Source: Eledone cirrhosa
Lineage: Eukaryota
DNA length: 64,000 nt
NCBI GenBank assembly: GCA_964016885.1
Contig: OZ024743.1
Location: 259,346,001 to 259,410,000 of the forward strand
Reading direction: 5' to 3'
Below, piece by piece: positions 15,101 through 27,926 of the stretch. The notes under the pieces were generated by a model. It did not search any database. It was not told the origin of the DNA and worked only from the letters and a program-made list of their open reading frames with translations. The position numbers and the translations under genes are program-made. The stretch's first letter is position 1. Every line of letters starts with the position of its first letter.

Positions 15101-16032
15101 TGAAAAACATCGGTAAACTTTACTCGATCGAATGTAGTTGGTGAAATATGCTACTGTAGTAGCGGTATAAAAGGGAGATAGAGAAGACAGCATATCAGTG
15201 GTGAAACAGCTGGAGTGCATTAACGAGCACTATTCAGACATAAACTGGAGCTATGTCCACTTTTCAAGCAGAAACTACAAAACATACACCCACGAAACCA
15301 TATATAGTATTATTTACCTTCTTACAGGGAAGGTGTGTATAACATTTATTTTGTAATGTATTTGATTTCAATTCTTAAATTTTCGTCTTCATATCGACAA
15401 AAGCCGAATACGTTGCCTTATGATTATTTTCCTTTCTCTGCTTTCTTTTCATTTTTGGACAACATTCATTGGCAGAATTAATATAAAACCGATGGGGCCA
15501 CTAACCGGTGACTAGATATGAGTGAATGGATAACCAGATCTCTTAACCCGCCACTGTTTGTCCTGTGTATATGTTAGTAATCAGTAAGCCAACCAGATAG
15601 ACCTTAGTGGGACAGTACGATCTGATATAAATAGCAACGAAATTTCACTGAAGTCACACCTTATACTCTTATTTATGTATATACATACGGACCTTTAACT
15701 TGGATTGTTCTTTAGTAGCTCGACCTACAGGTAATGTATATATGAATATATGAGTCAATGAGAGAGACCTTTCTAGATAAATTTGGTTGAAATCGCATCG
15801 CTATGTTTAAATTACGCCCTCCGGTTTAATGTATGTATGAGCCGATAGGGAAGACCTTAATGTGGTAGATTGATCTGCCAGAGTTAGTCACGGATTCTTC
15901 CTCAAACTACATTTTACAATCTTATGCATATATATTTATTTGTATACATGTATGTATGTATGTATGTATGTATGTATGTATGTATGTATGTATGTATGTA
16001 TGTATGTATGTATGTATGTATGTATGTATGTT

Positions 16033-16443
16033 GGGAGAGATGACCCCTTAGCCTTTATCAAGGCAGAATTCTAGGAGAAGGAAAACTCTGATATAACACC
16101 TGCAACTCTGATGGTATCCAATGATGTTGACTTGTTCTTCCTTTTGGTAAATATCATCTTGGTTAAGAGATTGGGACTGGCTTTGTGCAGTGCCTTTGCT
16201 CACTATAAAAGCTTCACGGCACAGGCATTGCTTTATATCTGGAGATATCTCTGCACTTGTCGTCACATGGTACCATGGGCCCAGCACTATGTGTCAATAA
16301 TGGTCACAAGTGTAGTGTTTGTACCAGAGTTTTCAAGTCGCTGGTTGGACTAAAAAGTCACACTCGTTCAGCGCATCGGTAGGGGTTCTCCTACATGGAT
16401 ATAAAGTAGTGGCCGTATTCGAAAACGAGTTGGCAGCCACCAT
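16033..16443 (+). mobile_element. Non-autonomous RTE-derived short element, 5'-truncated copy
   Basis: Near-identical to 39895-40305 and ends in an RTE-like 3' terminus CGAAAACGAGTTGGCAGCCACCAT. Confidence 0.7.
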
Positions 16444-16990
16444 GTATAAGTCAATGAGGGAGACAACTAGATGGTAGATAGATGTGGTTGAAATAGCTAC
16501 CACACCTCCCCCCAAACCAAACCCTTGATTCTCTCAAGATTTTCGATGGCACAAAATTAGCTATTGAAAATATGATGCCCTATATACAGGATGTTTACAA
16601 CCAAGTTAGGAAACTTTTCTAGAATGGCTCAAACGTCAACAGATTTCTCAATTAGATTAAAACAGCTTCATTTACCTCACAGATACGGCTTTGATATGCC
16701 GAGAGACGGATTAAACTTGCAGGGGTTACCTGGTTCAAAATTTCATCGCCTGTTATTTATGGTAGCAAAAACGATTTGAGGAAGGTGGGGAGGGGGTTTT
16801 AAATATTATGCGGCCCATAGCTACAGTCCGGCCATCCATCCCTACCCTTAACCAGCCACTAGCTATGACCATGACTATATCTCATTACTGATGATCTAAA
16901 TATGGTAGATACTGTCATTTCACATCGTCAGTTTTATGTGGCAATCTCTTTACCTCAGCCCCTTAATTCAATGCAATTTTAGTGTCAAAT

Positions 16991-17155
<165 letters not shown>

Positions 17156-17337
17156 TTCCAAAGAAGACGGTCTGATAGAACTTATATATGAGGTCTGGTA
17201 GTATACAGCTATATAATTGCTATAGATCAGACAATATGTCAATATGATCACTCCTCCGAAACGGTCGTAAAACAATGATATGAACAGGTAGAATAACTCG
17301 ACTTTGTTGTTATTATTTTCATTGTTAAAGTAATAAC

Positions 17338-17483
<146 letters not shown>

Positions 17484-17588
17484 ATAAAGAGAGAAAGGGA
17501 GTGAGATATGTACACATGTACGTACACACATATCCCCATTATATATATATAATGGGGATATTGCTGGCCTTGTGCCTAAAGTAGAAAC

Positions 17589-17642
<54 letters not shown>

Positions 17643-17674
17643 GTATGTATATATGTATGTATATATGTATATTT

Positions 17675-18358
17675 ATGTATGGAGAGTTGGTTAAAGGAAA
17701 ACGACCGCCACATAAACCAAAAAAGAAGTATAAGGATTCCTTGAAAGCCTCTTTGAAAGACGCTAACATCTCTGCTGATACATGGGAAAATATTGCTGCT
17801 GATCGTAATAAATGGAGAAAGACTGTATATGAGGGAAAAGTTGCCTTTGAGGCATCTCGAATCGCATACGAGAAAGTAAAGCGGGATGTGAGGAAGGGCA
17901 TTGCTGTTGCACTTCCAGACGGCGAGGGTCCTCCTATGGTGCTGACATGCAGCGTCTGTGCAAGACTCTGATTAAGCAAAGCTGGACTCGAAAGTCATCT
18001 TCGCAGTCATAAAGTAAGACCAGTGGTTGACTACCAGGCTGCTGTTGGAGATGCTACTCATCATGCTTGCCAAACATGTGGTAGAGAATGTAAATCAGTA
18101 GGAGGGCTCAAGCGACATGCAAAAGTACATGAACTCCAACCACAGCCGGCTATTCGCAGTGAATGTTTTGGTTGCCGACTCTGTGCAAGACATTTTAGAT
18201 CATTGGCTGGGCTAAAAAGCCACATTCGATCGCAGCGATGTTAGTTGCTATCGTGTGTGTGTGTGTGTGTGTATAGATATGTTTATGTGTGTGCGTGTGT
18301 GTGTTTATATATATGTATATGTATATTATTATTGTTTTTGTTGTCGTTATTATTATTG

Positions 18359-18402
<44 letters not shown>

Positions 18403-18525
18403 AACCCTTGTGGTTAATAAAGAAAGCATTATTATTGTTATTAATGTATATGTGTGTATGTATATATGTGTGTATATATATATATATTTCTTTTTTTTTA
18501 TTTTATTTTATTTTTTATTTATTTA

Positions 18526-18563
<38 letters not shown>

Positions 18564-18610
18564 CTCCTCGTGCAATGGCCATACTCGATAACGAGGGGGC
18601 AGCCATCATA
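17675..18610 (+). mobile_element. RTE LINE 3' end encoding three C2H2 zinc fingers, with the 3' UTR expanded by microsatellites
   Basis: MYGELVKGKRPPHKPKKKYKDSLK...WENIAADRNKWR, then CSVC...HLRSH, CQTC...HAKVH and CRLC...HIRS, with an in-frame stop at ~17969. Terminal GGCCATACTCGATAACGAGGGGGCAGCCATCAT at 18577-18609. Confidence 0.85.
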
Positions 18611-19170
18611 TATGTATGTATATACGTATGTAAGAGTGTAATGTGAATGTGAATGTAAGCATTTTGATATGAAATTCTGTGCTGAAACCGAAAACAGAAG
18701 TGGCTATATCCTGAATTATAGAGCTATTTTTGCAAATAATAATCTCGATAATTGATTGTAATTAGTATTATCTTCTTTATTATTTAAATATTTAATGGCT
18801 AGTATCAAAATCAGCTGTCTCACTTTGGTGACCTCAAACTAACCCTGACTTACGTGGTTTAGTGCAAAGATCACAGATGCGTCATAAATGATGTCGATAC
18901 TAGCAACACAATAATAAATTATGAAATAGATTAAACTCTGTCTAAACTTTAATTTTGTAATATATTTTGTAATATAAATGATAACTAAAGTATTAAGAAA
19001 TATTATCGTCATCATTGATAGAATCGATTAAGACGAAGATATATAAATAAAATCAAAACAAAACACAACAGAATCAGGTTAAATAGTTCAGAAAATTTTA
19101 ATTGCAGTGACTAATAAACGGAGACACGTGTTTGTTACTGAGAAGAAATATCTTTATAAACTACTCCTCA

Positions 19171-19229
<59 letters not shown>

Positions 19230-19232
<3 letters not shown>

Positions 19233-19788
19233 TAGTAGCGGTACCCGGCGTTGCACGGGATAACGTATTGTGAAATATATAACCGCCTTAGCTAAGCCTA
19301 GTATTGCCACAACCACGGCTGGAAAAGATGTAAGGGTCTAGTGGTACGTAAGTAAGCAGCACTGTGTCTTAAAACGTGAGGAAGAAGTTGTGTGCACTTA
19401 CCAACTGTTTGGGGAATGAGTGTGAGATTTGTCTTGAGCAAGCGTGGCAGAATAACGGGAGGCAGCAGACAGCCAGACATACAGACATTTATTATAAGGA
19501 CGCCTTCTGGACGCAGAGCGAATTGTAGGAAGTGACGTAATGGGCGCGACGTTGTATGTATGTATCTATCTAAAAAGAGAAAGACTAAGAATTATAGAGA
19601 GAGATCGCTAAATCGCCTAATGCGGCCCCTAGGGCATTGAACATTTGAAATTGTTTGGGCTCAGAACACTCCCTGAAACATAAGTATTACATGTGTAAAG
19701 TTTGAAAACAGTCCGTTGGGTGGTTCTCTAGTTTTAGGGATACAAACTCACACACACACAGACATCCTCAGTTTTATATATATAGATG
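19230..19788 (+). mobile_element. Helentron/HINE-like non-autonomous element(s)
   Basis: Starts ACTAGTAGCGGTACCCGGCGTTGCACGGG, has internal GTGTAAAGTTTGAAAAC, and ends (CA)n-GACATCCTCAGTTTTATATATATAGAT. Confidence 0.7.
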
Positions 19789-19933
19789 TATGTCTATAAT
19801 GTCCTGAAACATCCGTGACCCGTAGTAGACAATTGACGAAGGGGAAACTGTCCATCTCTTGTTTGTGTCGCCTTACCTTCTAACATTCGTTATCAGTAAC
19901 TACACAGCCTTATCTTCCTCAATCCATATTTTC

Positions 19934-19996
<63 letters not shown>

Positions 19997-21719
19997 CATT
20001 TTTATTCTCCATATATTTCATCATTATATATATATATAACGTAGATCTAGCTACAAGCTATATTTCATGCTCCACTCCAATAATTATATTTTCTCCCCAA
20101 ACTGCCAAAAACACACATCTATTTGGATATGCGCAACAATTTATGTACAAGTTATGTTTATCGCATATCGAGGTTTTCTGACCATTTTAGAGTGCAAAGA
20201 ACTAAACTAATCATTACAACGTCTATACACATATATAAATATACATCTTTATGTACACAAGACCGGTTCCTGTATATTTAGTACCGTAAAACAGCTTTAC
20301 AATGTGTATCCCATTCTCCCAGTTATGCACCCTATCCTCACAAATAGAATAATTTAAACTTGCACTTTCTTAATCTGATTGTTCTAGATATTTACACTTC
20401 TTACTCTGACCACACTAAGAACATTACTAAGCTTGCATTTTCCAATTCACAATCCACACATCCACGGCAAAGATTGAGTGTACTATATATTTCTGGCAAT
20501 GTTAGAACAATCTGACCCTCCCCAAATATAATAACAAGTGTTTTAACACACGATTTCATATCAAAAACCTTGCAAAACAGATACATCGCCGATTTCTTTA
20601 TTGATTGCAGGAAATTATTAATTATTTAGTTTATATCATTAAAACTCTGCTTCTTCGCGGTTCAGTAATTCGCTGCTCAAATTCTTGCGTACTTGGTAGC
20701 AGCCTGGTTTGCCTATTGGTAGTATTAGCCATGTCTGCATGGAATTCATACTGATATTTATTTTAGTATCTGTATACATAGTTGGTAGGAATGTAGTCAA
20801 TGGAGACAAAATGATGTCCAACAATAATGCGATATCAATGAAATTTTCAGTCTCTTTCCTGATATACCTCTCCAGTAATTAAGCTTAACCAAATAACCAT
20901 CATAATTGTTTTTTGTTTTTTTTTAATAATAATTTACAGGCATCTTCACATATAATGATACGATGACTAATCTTGAAATTCTTTTCGATTTGAGCAAGGT
21001 ATTCTACTTAATTCCAGACTTTAAATTACTTTCATGAATTAATTTAAAATAATATATCCTGTGTTGCTCAAACTGAAGGGATATATGCAGTACAATACAC
21101 TAAACCGTACCACACCCTTTTGGTGGTTGTTTCATTAAAAGGGGAACGAAATAACGAAGAAAACAACAGGCACCCAACAACGATGTCTTTACTTTGTCAT
21201 TCAATCTCAGACATTTCAACCAAAAGTCCCCAATGCTTTAAATAAAGGAAGAGGTGGCGAATTGGCAGTCATTAGAACGTCGGATTGAATGCTTTGGAGT
21301 ATTTGTTACGGCTTTATGCACTCTAGGTTTAAATTCCACCGATGTTAATTTTGCCTTTCGTATTTTCGATGTCGATAAATAAAGTACCAGTCCAGTACTG
21401 GAGGCGATACTTCCTACATCACTGTTTGCTCAATTTATCTCCCCCTTTCCCTTTCTCACTTTCTTTGAGAGAAATCAACTGAGTTGTGGCCTGAAGAGGA
21501 ATGGGTCCCGTCAAGTTTATAGCCACGTCGGCGCCTTTACAACTCCACCTGGAGTTAGCCTATGAATGGATGGAAATATTATAATAACTGTTTCTACTTT
21601 TGGCACAAGGTCAGCAATTACCCAGTGAATTACTGGTACTTTATTTTATCGACCCCCATAACGATGAAATGCAAAGTTAACCTTGTTGATGAGTTAGGTT
21701 GGGCTAAGGATTTCAGATA

Positions 21720-22310
21720 TAAATTACATTTATCAGGTTAAATGTTATGTTCGGAAAAAGCAGCAACAAATGATGCTTTGCATGAACGAGGGAGTCTACA
21801 CGAGGCGGTTTTACATGCTAGTAAGCACAGCAAAAGCTCTCTCAAATTGCACCATATCATCTTCAAAATAGAAGGGCACACTGTATAATGCATGTTTGAA
21901 AAAGAAAAGAAATAGTGCTGGATATCATTTAAACATAGGCTTACTCGATCCGAACATTTCATAAGTTGCCGTGTAACACTGTTTACATTTTATTTATAAC
22001 TTTGTCGGGGTTGGCTTGAGGTTAGAGAAGTACTTATGATCTTTTCTAGAATCAGTAGAAGGGAAGGAGGAAGGTGCCCTCAAACTGGAACCCGCTTTTG
22101 AGTAATGAGTTAGTTGAGCAGCCAGAACATTTCGCAGCGATTCGAGTCCACAATTAATTATTGATGCTAAGTTAAAGAGACTAACAACTTCGCTCATATG
22201 GCTAACCGTTTTCAGAAAACAATCAACAATAACTTTGCATTTCTTTTCTAATATTCTATGAAGTAAAGCGATTCTATTTAGGTGAAGGAAACTAATAATC
22301 ATTTATTCAT
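21720..22310 (-). pseudogene. Very degraded LINE RT remnant (tentative)
   Basis: The minus strand gives LCLNDI and FEDDMV, which resemble INDL and FADD RT motifs at the expected spacing. Confidence 0.35.
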
Positions 22311-23154
22311 ACAAGTCCGGCGCCTGATTATGTATCGCCCTACACTAGCCCTATAATCAACGACACCTTCTCTCGGGTACGCGCTCCATTATCCCTAAAT
22401 AAAATTAATTCAACTTACAGTTTGGCAAGCTGACAAGCCTAGTTTTTGATACTTCATCTTTTGATCACACCAAGAAAATGACTAAGTCTGCATTTTCCAC
22501 TATACAGACCATACCCATGCCAAAGCGTGTTATAGGTCATACAACCCTGCTATCCTTTTCAACACTATGGATATTTCCGCAACGCTGCTACGTGGCAAAG
22601 ATGTTCAGTGATTAATTTATTGTTCTCATGAAATTATTACATATCTAAGGTTATGTTAAATGCAGTTAAGTATTCAAGGTTAATACAGTTAAATATTCAA
22701 GGTTAAGTTAAAAACAGTTAAGTATTTAAGGTTAAGTTAAGTACACATAATTGTATAAAACTGTGATCCTGTAGGATTCAGTAATGCAACCAGCTGCCTA
22801 GTTGGTCTTAATGGTAGCGCCGACCCAGTATCTATAACAATGTTCTTTTAATAATCAAAGCAGAAAGCTGTTTTCTACAATTTATCAGGTTCTTAATTAA
22901 ATCAGCAGTGCACTATCCCATTGTCTTCTCCAGATCTCTAAACAAGGCATACATAGAATGTTCTGGTGTATTTAACTGTCTTATGTCGTCACTACGCGAC
23001 ATGTAATGTAAACAAAGGAACTTCATCCTACAAAAGAATTTGAAATGTTTGTAAGTGCGCACGCACGCACGCCCCCCCCCCCCCACACACACATTCACAC
23101 ATTTGCAAATCATTGGCGATTACATGTGTGTCTTATTAAATGAGCTCCCCGTCC

Positions 23155-23215
<61 letters not shown>

Positions 23216-23479
23216 TTGTATTCACGCGGTAACTTTTCTTTGTCTTATGAACGTATCTCTGCATTTATATACATACATATATATAAATAAACAAACACAC
23301 ACGTACAAAGACAATTTAGCGAAAAGTTAAAGTTGATTTATTTGAAACTTGGACTGAGTAGTTTCACGATATTTCAGGCTCCCGGTTCATCAGAGACTGA
23401 CGTCATGAACATGTGAGATTGATTACATAGTCAGGGAGCACTATTGGTTACATACTATTGGTTACATAAAGAAAAGTGA

Positions 23480-23995
23480 ATGACAGAAAACAAGATGTTA
23501 GTAGGGAGAGAAAGAGCAGGATGAATGAAGAAGAGAAAGTGAAATAATAATATAGCGTGGGGAGAAGGTATAACAGAAGCAATAAAAAAGAATGAAAAGA
23601 AATGGGAATAACTGAGGAGGAAGAAGGAGAAGAAGAAGAAGAAGAAGAAGAAGAAGAAGAAGAAGAAGAAGAAGAAGAAGAAGAATGAGGAGGAAGTGGA
23701 TGAGGATGATGGTGATGATGATATGATGATGATGATGAGGAGGAGGGGGAAGAGGAGGAGGAGGAGGAAGAGGAGGAGGAGAGGAGGAGGAGGAGGAGGA
23801 GGAGGGGAAACGAAGAAGACGAACAAAAACGCAGAAGTAGAAAAACGAGAAGAATGCAACATAGGAGATGACGAAGAAGGTTTAGACGAAAATGAAGGAA
23901 AATGTGAAGATGAGAAGGATGAAGAAGATTACGAAGGAGAAAGAGAAGACGAAGATGAAGAGAAGTGGAATAAATACGGACAGAAGAAGGCAGAT
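23480..23995. repeat. Purine-rich low-complexity tract (GAA/GAG/GAT)n
   Basis: Compound trinucleotide repeats. A similar tract lies at 31090-31450. Confidence 0.85.
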
Positions 23996-24156
23996 AAAGT
24001 GGCACTATATAGCGCGTGGCACTATATAGCGTGTTTCATCATAGGCGTGTATATGAAACCTTATAAGATATGTTTATGTATAATAAACATACGAGAATCT
24101 CGCTGTGAACTTTTATAAGCTCTGGGCTTGTCACGGTTATCTCAGTAAGGCGAGAA

Positions 24157-24199
24157 CGCCAATTAGCTATTTCTAGATTTTTATCCGTCATCAGTGACA
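24157..24199 (-). ncRNA. Degenerate type I hammerhead motif
   Basis: Reverse complement reads tgtca-CTGATGA-c-ggat-aaaa-atct-a-GAAA-t-agct-a-AT-tggcg. Stems I and II pair and the loop III is palindromic, but U16.1 is replaced by A. Confidence 0.55.
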
Positions 24200-24544
24200 T
24201 TTATTCACAAGATATTGAGATGTTCTGTCACAAGATCAGGCTCGTGGAGAGATTGGCCAAATACTACCTCCAGACAAAGAATATTTCTGACAATTAGACG
24301 TTTATGGAACCAAACTCCCAATGTCACTACCTCCGTCTCTCCCACTCTCACCATCTTTCACTGTCATGAGCAAGTGTCGGCTCACTCGCTGGCGACCTGC
24401 GGCTCCGGCGGACAGAAGAGATAACATAGGCTAAAGCTTCTATGATTTTTCCATAAAAATCATTGGCTGGAGATGGTCACTTCTACATATATCGTATGAA
24501 ACATCGACTGAAGATGTTCACTGGAGATGCATATATATTGCATG

Positions 24545-24575
<31 letters not shown>

Positions 24576-24740
24576 CGACAACGACGACAAGAAGAAGAAG
24601 AAGAAGAAGAAGAAGAAGAAGAAGAAGAAGAAGAAGAAGAAGGTGATGAAGAGACATGAGAGAAAAATATATTTTCTTTGCCAAACAAGTGAAATTTCCA
24701 TTGTGGTAAAAGCGGTGTGAAAGATTGAACGCATGTACTC

Positions 24741-24775
<35 letters not shown>

Positions 24776-25919
24776 GTAAATCAATGCTGAAGATAAATAT
24801 AGCATGTGTATTGGTTTTTGATTAATTGGTTGCGTTAAAGATATATGTATATGTATATATATATATATGTGGAGAGGGCGCTGGATGTATGTGTCTGTGT
24901 TTGTAGATTAAATGTTAACTTAAAAGTAATGTGTATCTATCTCTCTATCTATCTCTGACTCTCTCTCTTTCTCTCTCTCTCGTATATAATATGTATATAT
25001 ATCTAAAAGTCTAGTCTAAAGTCTGTCTTAAGCCAGAAGGCTCATTTGGCCAGTGCTTATCCGGCTTCATGGCGTGAAGCGACTGAGAGTATAAGACTCC
25101 CCTCTTGACAGGACACCAGTCCATATCCTATTGCTGGTACTCATTTTCAGCTGAGTATAGTGGAGCAACGCGAAATGAAATATATTGCTCAAGAACACAA
25201 CACGCAACCCACGACGTTATGACCGTGATTCCAACACCTTTACTACTAGGCCACATGCCTCCATATATATATATAAGTATGTGTGTGTGTGTGTGTGTGT
25301 GTAAAGAAACTCGGATCTATAGTTTGTGAAATGTCCAGTTTCATTACAATTGCATAAACAACACTACATATTGGTTGGGTACACCCTTTTCTCCTTCTTG
25401 ATCTCGGCTATGCATTTGCAAACACATACACCATACAACCATTTAATTTTCTATATAGGTATTACCAACACAAATATAATGGTTTCAAGACCAGCGATTT
25501 GGGGGAGAGGAAAGTCGATTAAATCGACATCAGCGCTTGAGTGGTACTTTATTTTATCGACCTTATAAGGATGAAATGCAAAGCTAAACTGGGTGGGATT
25601 TGAACCCAGAATGTGAAGTGCCGTAACTCTATGCCATTGAGCAGGGTGTCCGACGTTTTACGGATTCTGCCAAACGAAAGAAAAACGATTGAACAGCGAG
25701 AGATTTTGAAACAAAATTAAACCAAAAATGAAAATAATAATGCAGAAAACGTATGGGAAAAAAAATGGGAAAGAAATGACAACGCTGAGACATTTCGGGT
25801 TAAGCGTGTTATCGAAGGAGAGTAAAACTAGAAAGGGATAAGAATGGAATACGATATATATTAGAATTATACCAAACTGGTGAATAGCTGCGATTCAAAC
25901 TGTTATAGCCTACCACACC

Positions 25920-26021
<102 letters not shown>

Positions 26022-26192
26022 CTCTCTCTCTATATATATATATCCATATATATATATAATATAGAAATGGCTTCTACGTGACTAGAACTATTTTCTTCGG
26101 GAGAAATTATCAGAGTTAGAATTATACCAAACTGGAATAGACCATACATACATACATACATACATACATACATACATACATACATACATACA

Positions 26193-26226
<34 letters not shown>

Positions 26227-26249
26227 CATACATACATATATATATATAA

Positions 26250-26600
26250 ATGTAGTTTTTCGAATATTAATAATAACGTTCGATTCGTTTGCAATTATGA
26301 AAACAAGCCTCAATTTTATAGCCATGTCAGTAGAATGAACCGTTCATTCTAGCTCTGAGAGTTTGGCAGGTGAACAGTGAGCTGTACTAATGAAGGGTGA
26401 TACTCAGAAACATTAGCGTCTGCAGTTCTGTTCACATGCCAACACGAGAGCAAGAATGAAGGGTTCATGCTACTAACTTGGCTATAAATTGAGGCTTGTT
26501 TGCATAATTGCAAACGAATCGGATGTTATTATTAATATTCGAAAAACTCAGATTACATTTATTGTATTCACCCATGTAGAGCGAAACAAGTTTTCTTTTA
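26250..26600 (+). mobile_element. Fold-back element (arms ~26250-26324 / 26479-26548) with a hammerhead in the spacer
   Basis: The inverted arms are visible and the element is flanked by (TA)n/(TACA)n tracts. Confidence 0.7.
26361..26443 (+). ncRNA. Type I hammerhead with long stem I and G5A core change
   Basis: ttggcaggtgaacagtgagctgta-CTAATGA-a-gggt-gat-actc-a-GAAA-c-attagc-g-TC-tgcagttctgttcacatgccaa. Predicted GUC site at 26420. Confidence 0.7.
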
Positions 26601-26627
26601 TATATATATATATATGTATGTATTATG

Positions 26628-26756
<129 letters not shown>

Positions 26757-26805
26757 ATATATATATAGTTAAAAGAATAGAGGTGTAACACACAAGTTAT
26801 TATTA

Positions 26806-27183
26806 ATTGGTAAACGGAATAGAAAATGCTGACAAATTGTTCACAGTTGAAAAATAGTTTAATTAGGAATAAAAGAGTATTAGTGATTGTATTGGTTAGT
26901 ATTCAGTTGTGGTTTTAAGTTTTTACCGGTTGCGCATTTCTAAATGCTTTTCAAAAATAATTTTGAGATAGTGCGTCCGTGTTGTTAGCTCTGATCTGAG
27001 CTAACAACACGGACGCTCTATCTTAAAATTATTTTTGAAAAGCATTTAGAAATGCGCAACCGGTAAAAACTTAAAACCACAACTGAATACTAACCAATAC
27101 AATCACTAATACTCTTTTATTCCTAATTAAACTATTTTTCAACTGTGAACAATTTGTCAGCATTTTCTATTCCGTTTACCAAT
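26806..27183. repeat. Near-perfect palindrome with 186-bp arms and a 6-nt centre (26992-26997)
   Basis: The arms pair end to end (coordinate sum 53989) with about 2 mismatches. It lies between (TA)n tracts. Confidence 0.95.
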
Positions 27184-27193
27184 ATATATATAT

Positions 27194-27490
27194 TTAACTC
27201 ACTCAATATGCAAATTAGGCTGCTCAGCCGTTAATTTTCATAAGGAAATTATATACTTTCGAACGTTCAACTATCTGGCAGATGGGTAAACGGTGCTGAT
27301 GATAGCTAACAAGCTTGAAACTAGTACATCGTTCCTGTGTCAGTGTTGAACAAAAAGGTGACGTGGTTGCCTTAACACCGTATGGCATAAATACAGGCTG
27401 TTCAGTTTGTTGACAAACGAACAAAGCGGCGTTATAATAAGCGTCCGCTAAACTGATGCGTGCATATATGTATGTGTACCTGTATGTATA

Positions 27491-27560
<70 letters not shown>

Positions 27561-27670
27561 TGCTACTGTACGTCTGTATACATATATGTATGTACGTATA
27601 CATACATATTTACATTTAAGTAAGTGCCATACTAAGAGTGAGAAATGAAATTTCGTTTTCATTTTTTTCA
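27194..27670 (+). mobile_element. Retrozyme-like HHR repeat, single diverged unit
   Basis: Homologous to 45675-46075 along its length and has no ORF. Confidence 0.8.
27291..27331 (+). ncRNA. Minimal type I hammerhead ribozyme
   Basis: cggtg-CTGATGA-t-agct-aaca-agct-t-GAAA-ctag-TA-catcg. GUA site at 27326 and palindromic CUAG loop III. Confidence 0.85.
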
Positions 27671-27671
27671 A

Positions 27672-27723
<52 letters not shown>

Positions 27724-27744
27724 ATTAAATGTAAATATATATCA

Positions 27745-27890
27745 CAAAGGTGTGGTAAGATACCAGGTGGATCATAACGCACCAGAGTACTCAATACTTA
27801 GGGTAGTAGAATGGTTAATAGAAAAAGAGTCAGGACACCGACGGCTGAGCTCCGGCCGTCTCGACAGCTAGATCCGGACAGCGCCACCAC
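27745..27890. mobile_element. 'GGTAAGGAACCAG' family copy 2 (diverged, no inverted arm)
   Basis: Similar to 43357-43480. Confidence 0.65.
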
Positions 27891-27926
27891 ATATATATAT
27901 CATATATATATATATATATATATATA

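Noticed and set aside
23696-24118. 140-aa acidic/basic ORF
   Set aside because: It lies in a GAA/GAG/GAT low-complexity tract with no splice or domain evidence.
24200-24540. Possible promoter (ATTGG boxes, small GC-rich patch)
   Set aside because: These short motifs are expected by chance, no downstream exon was identified, and the region adjoins a degenerate HHR.
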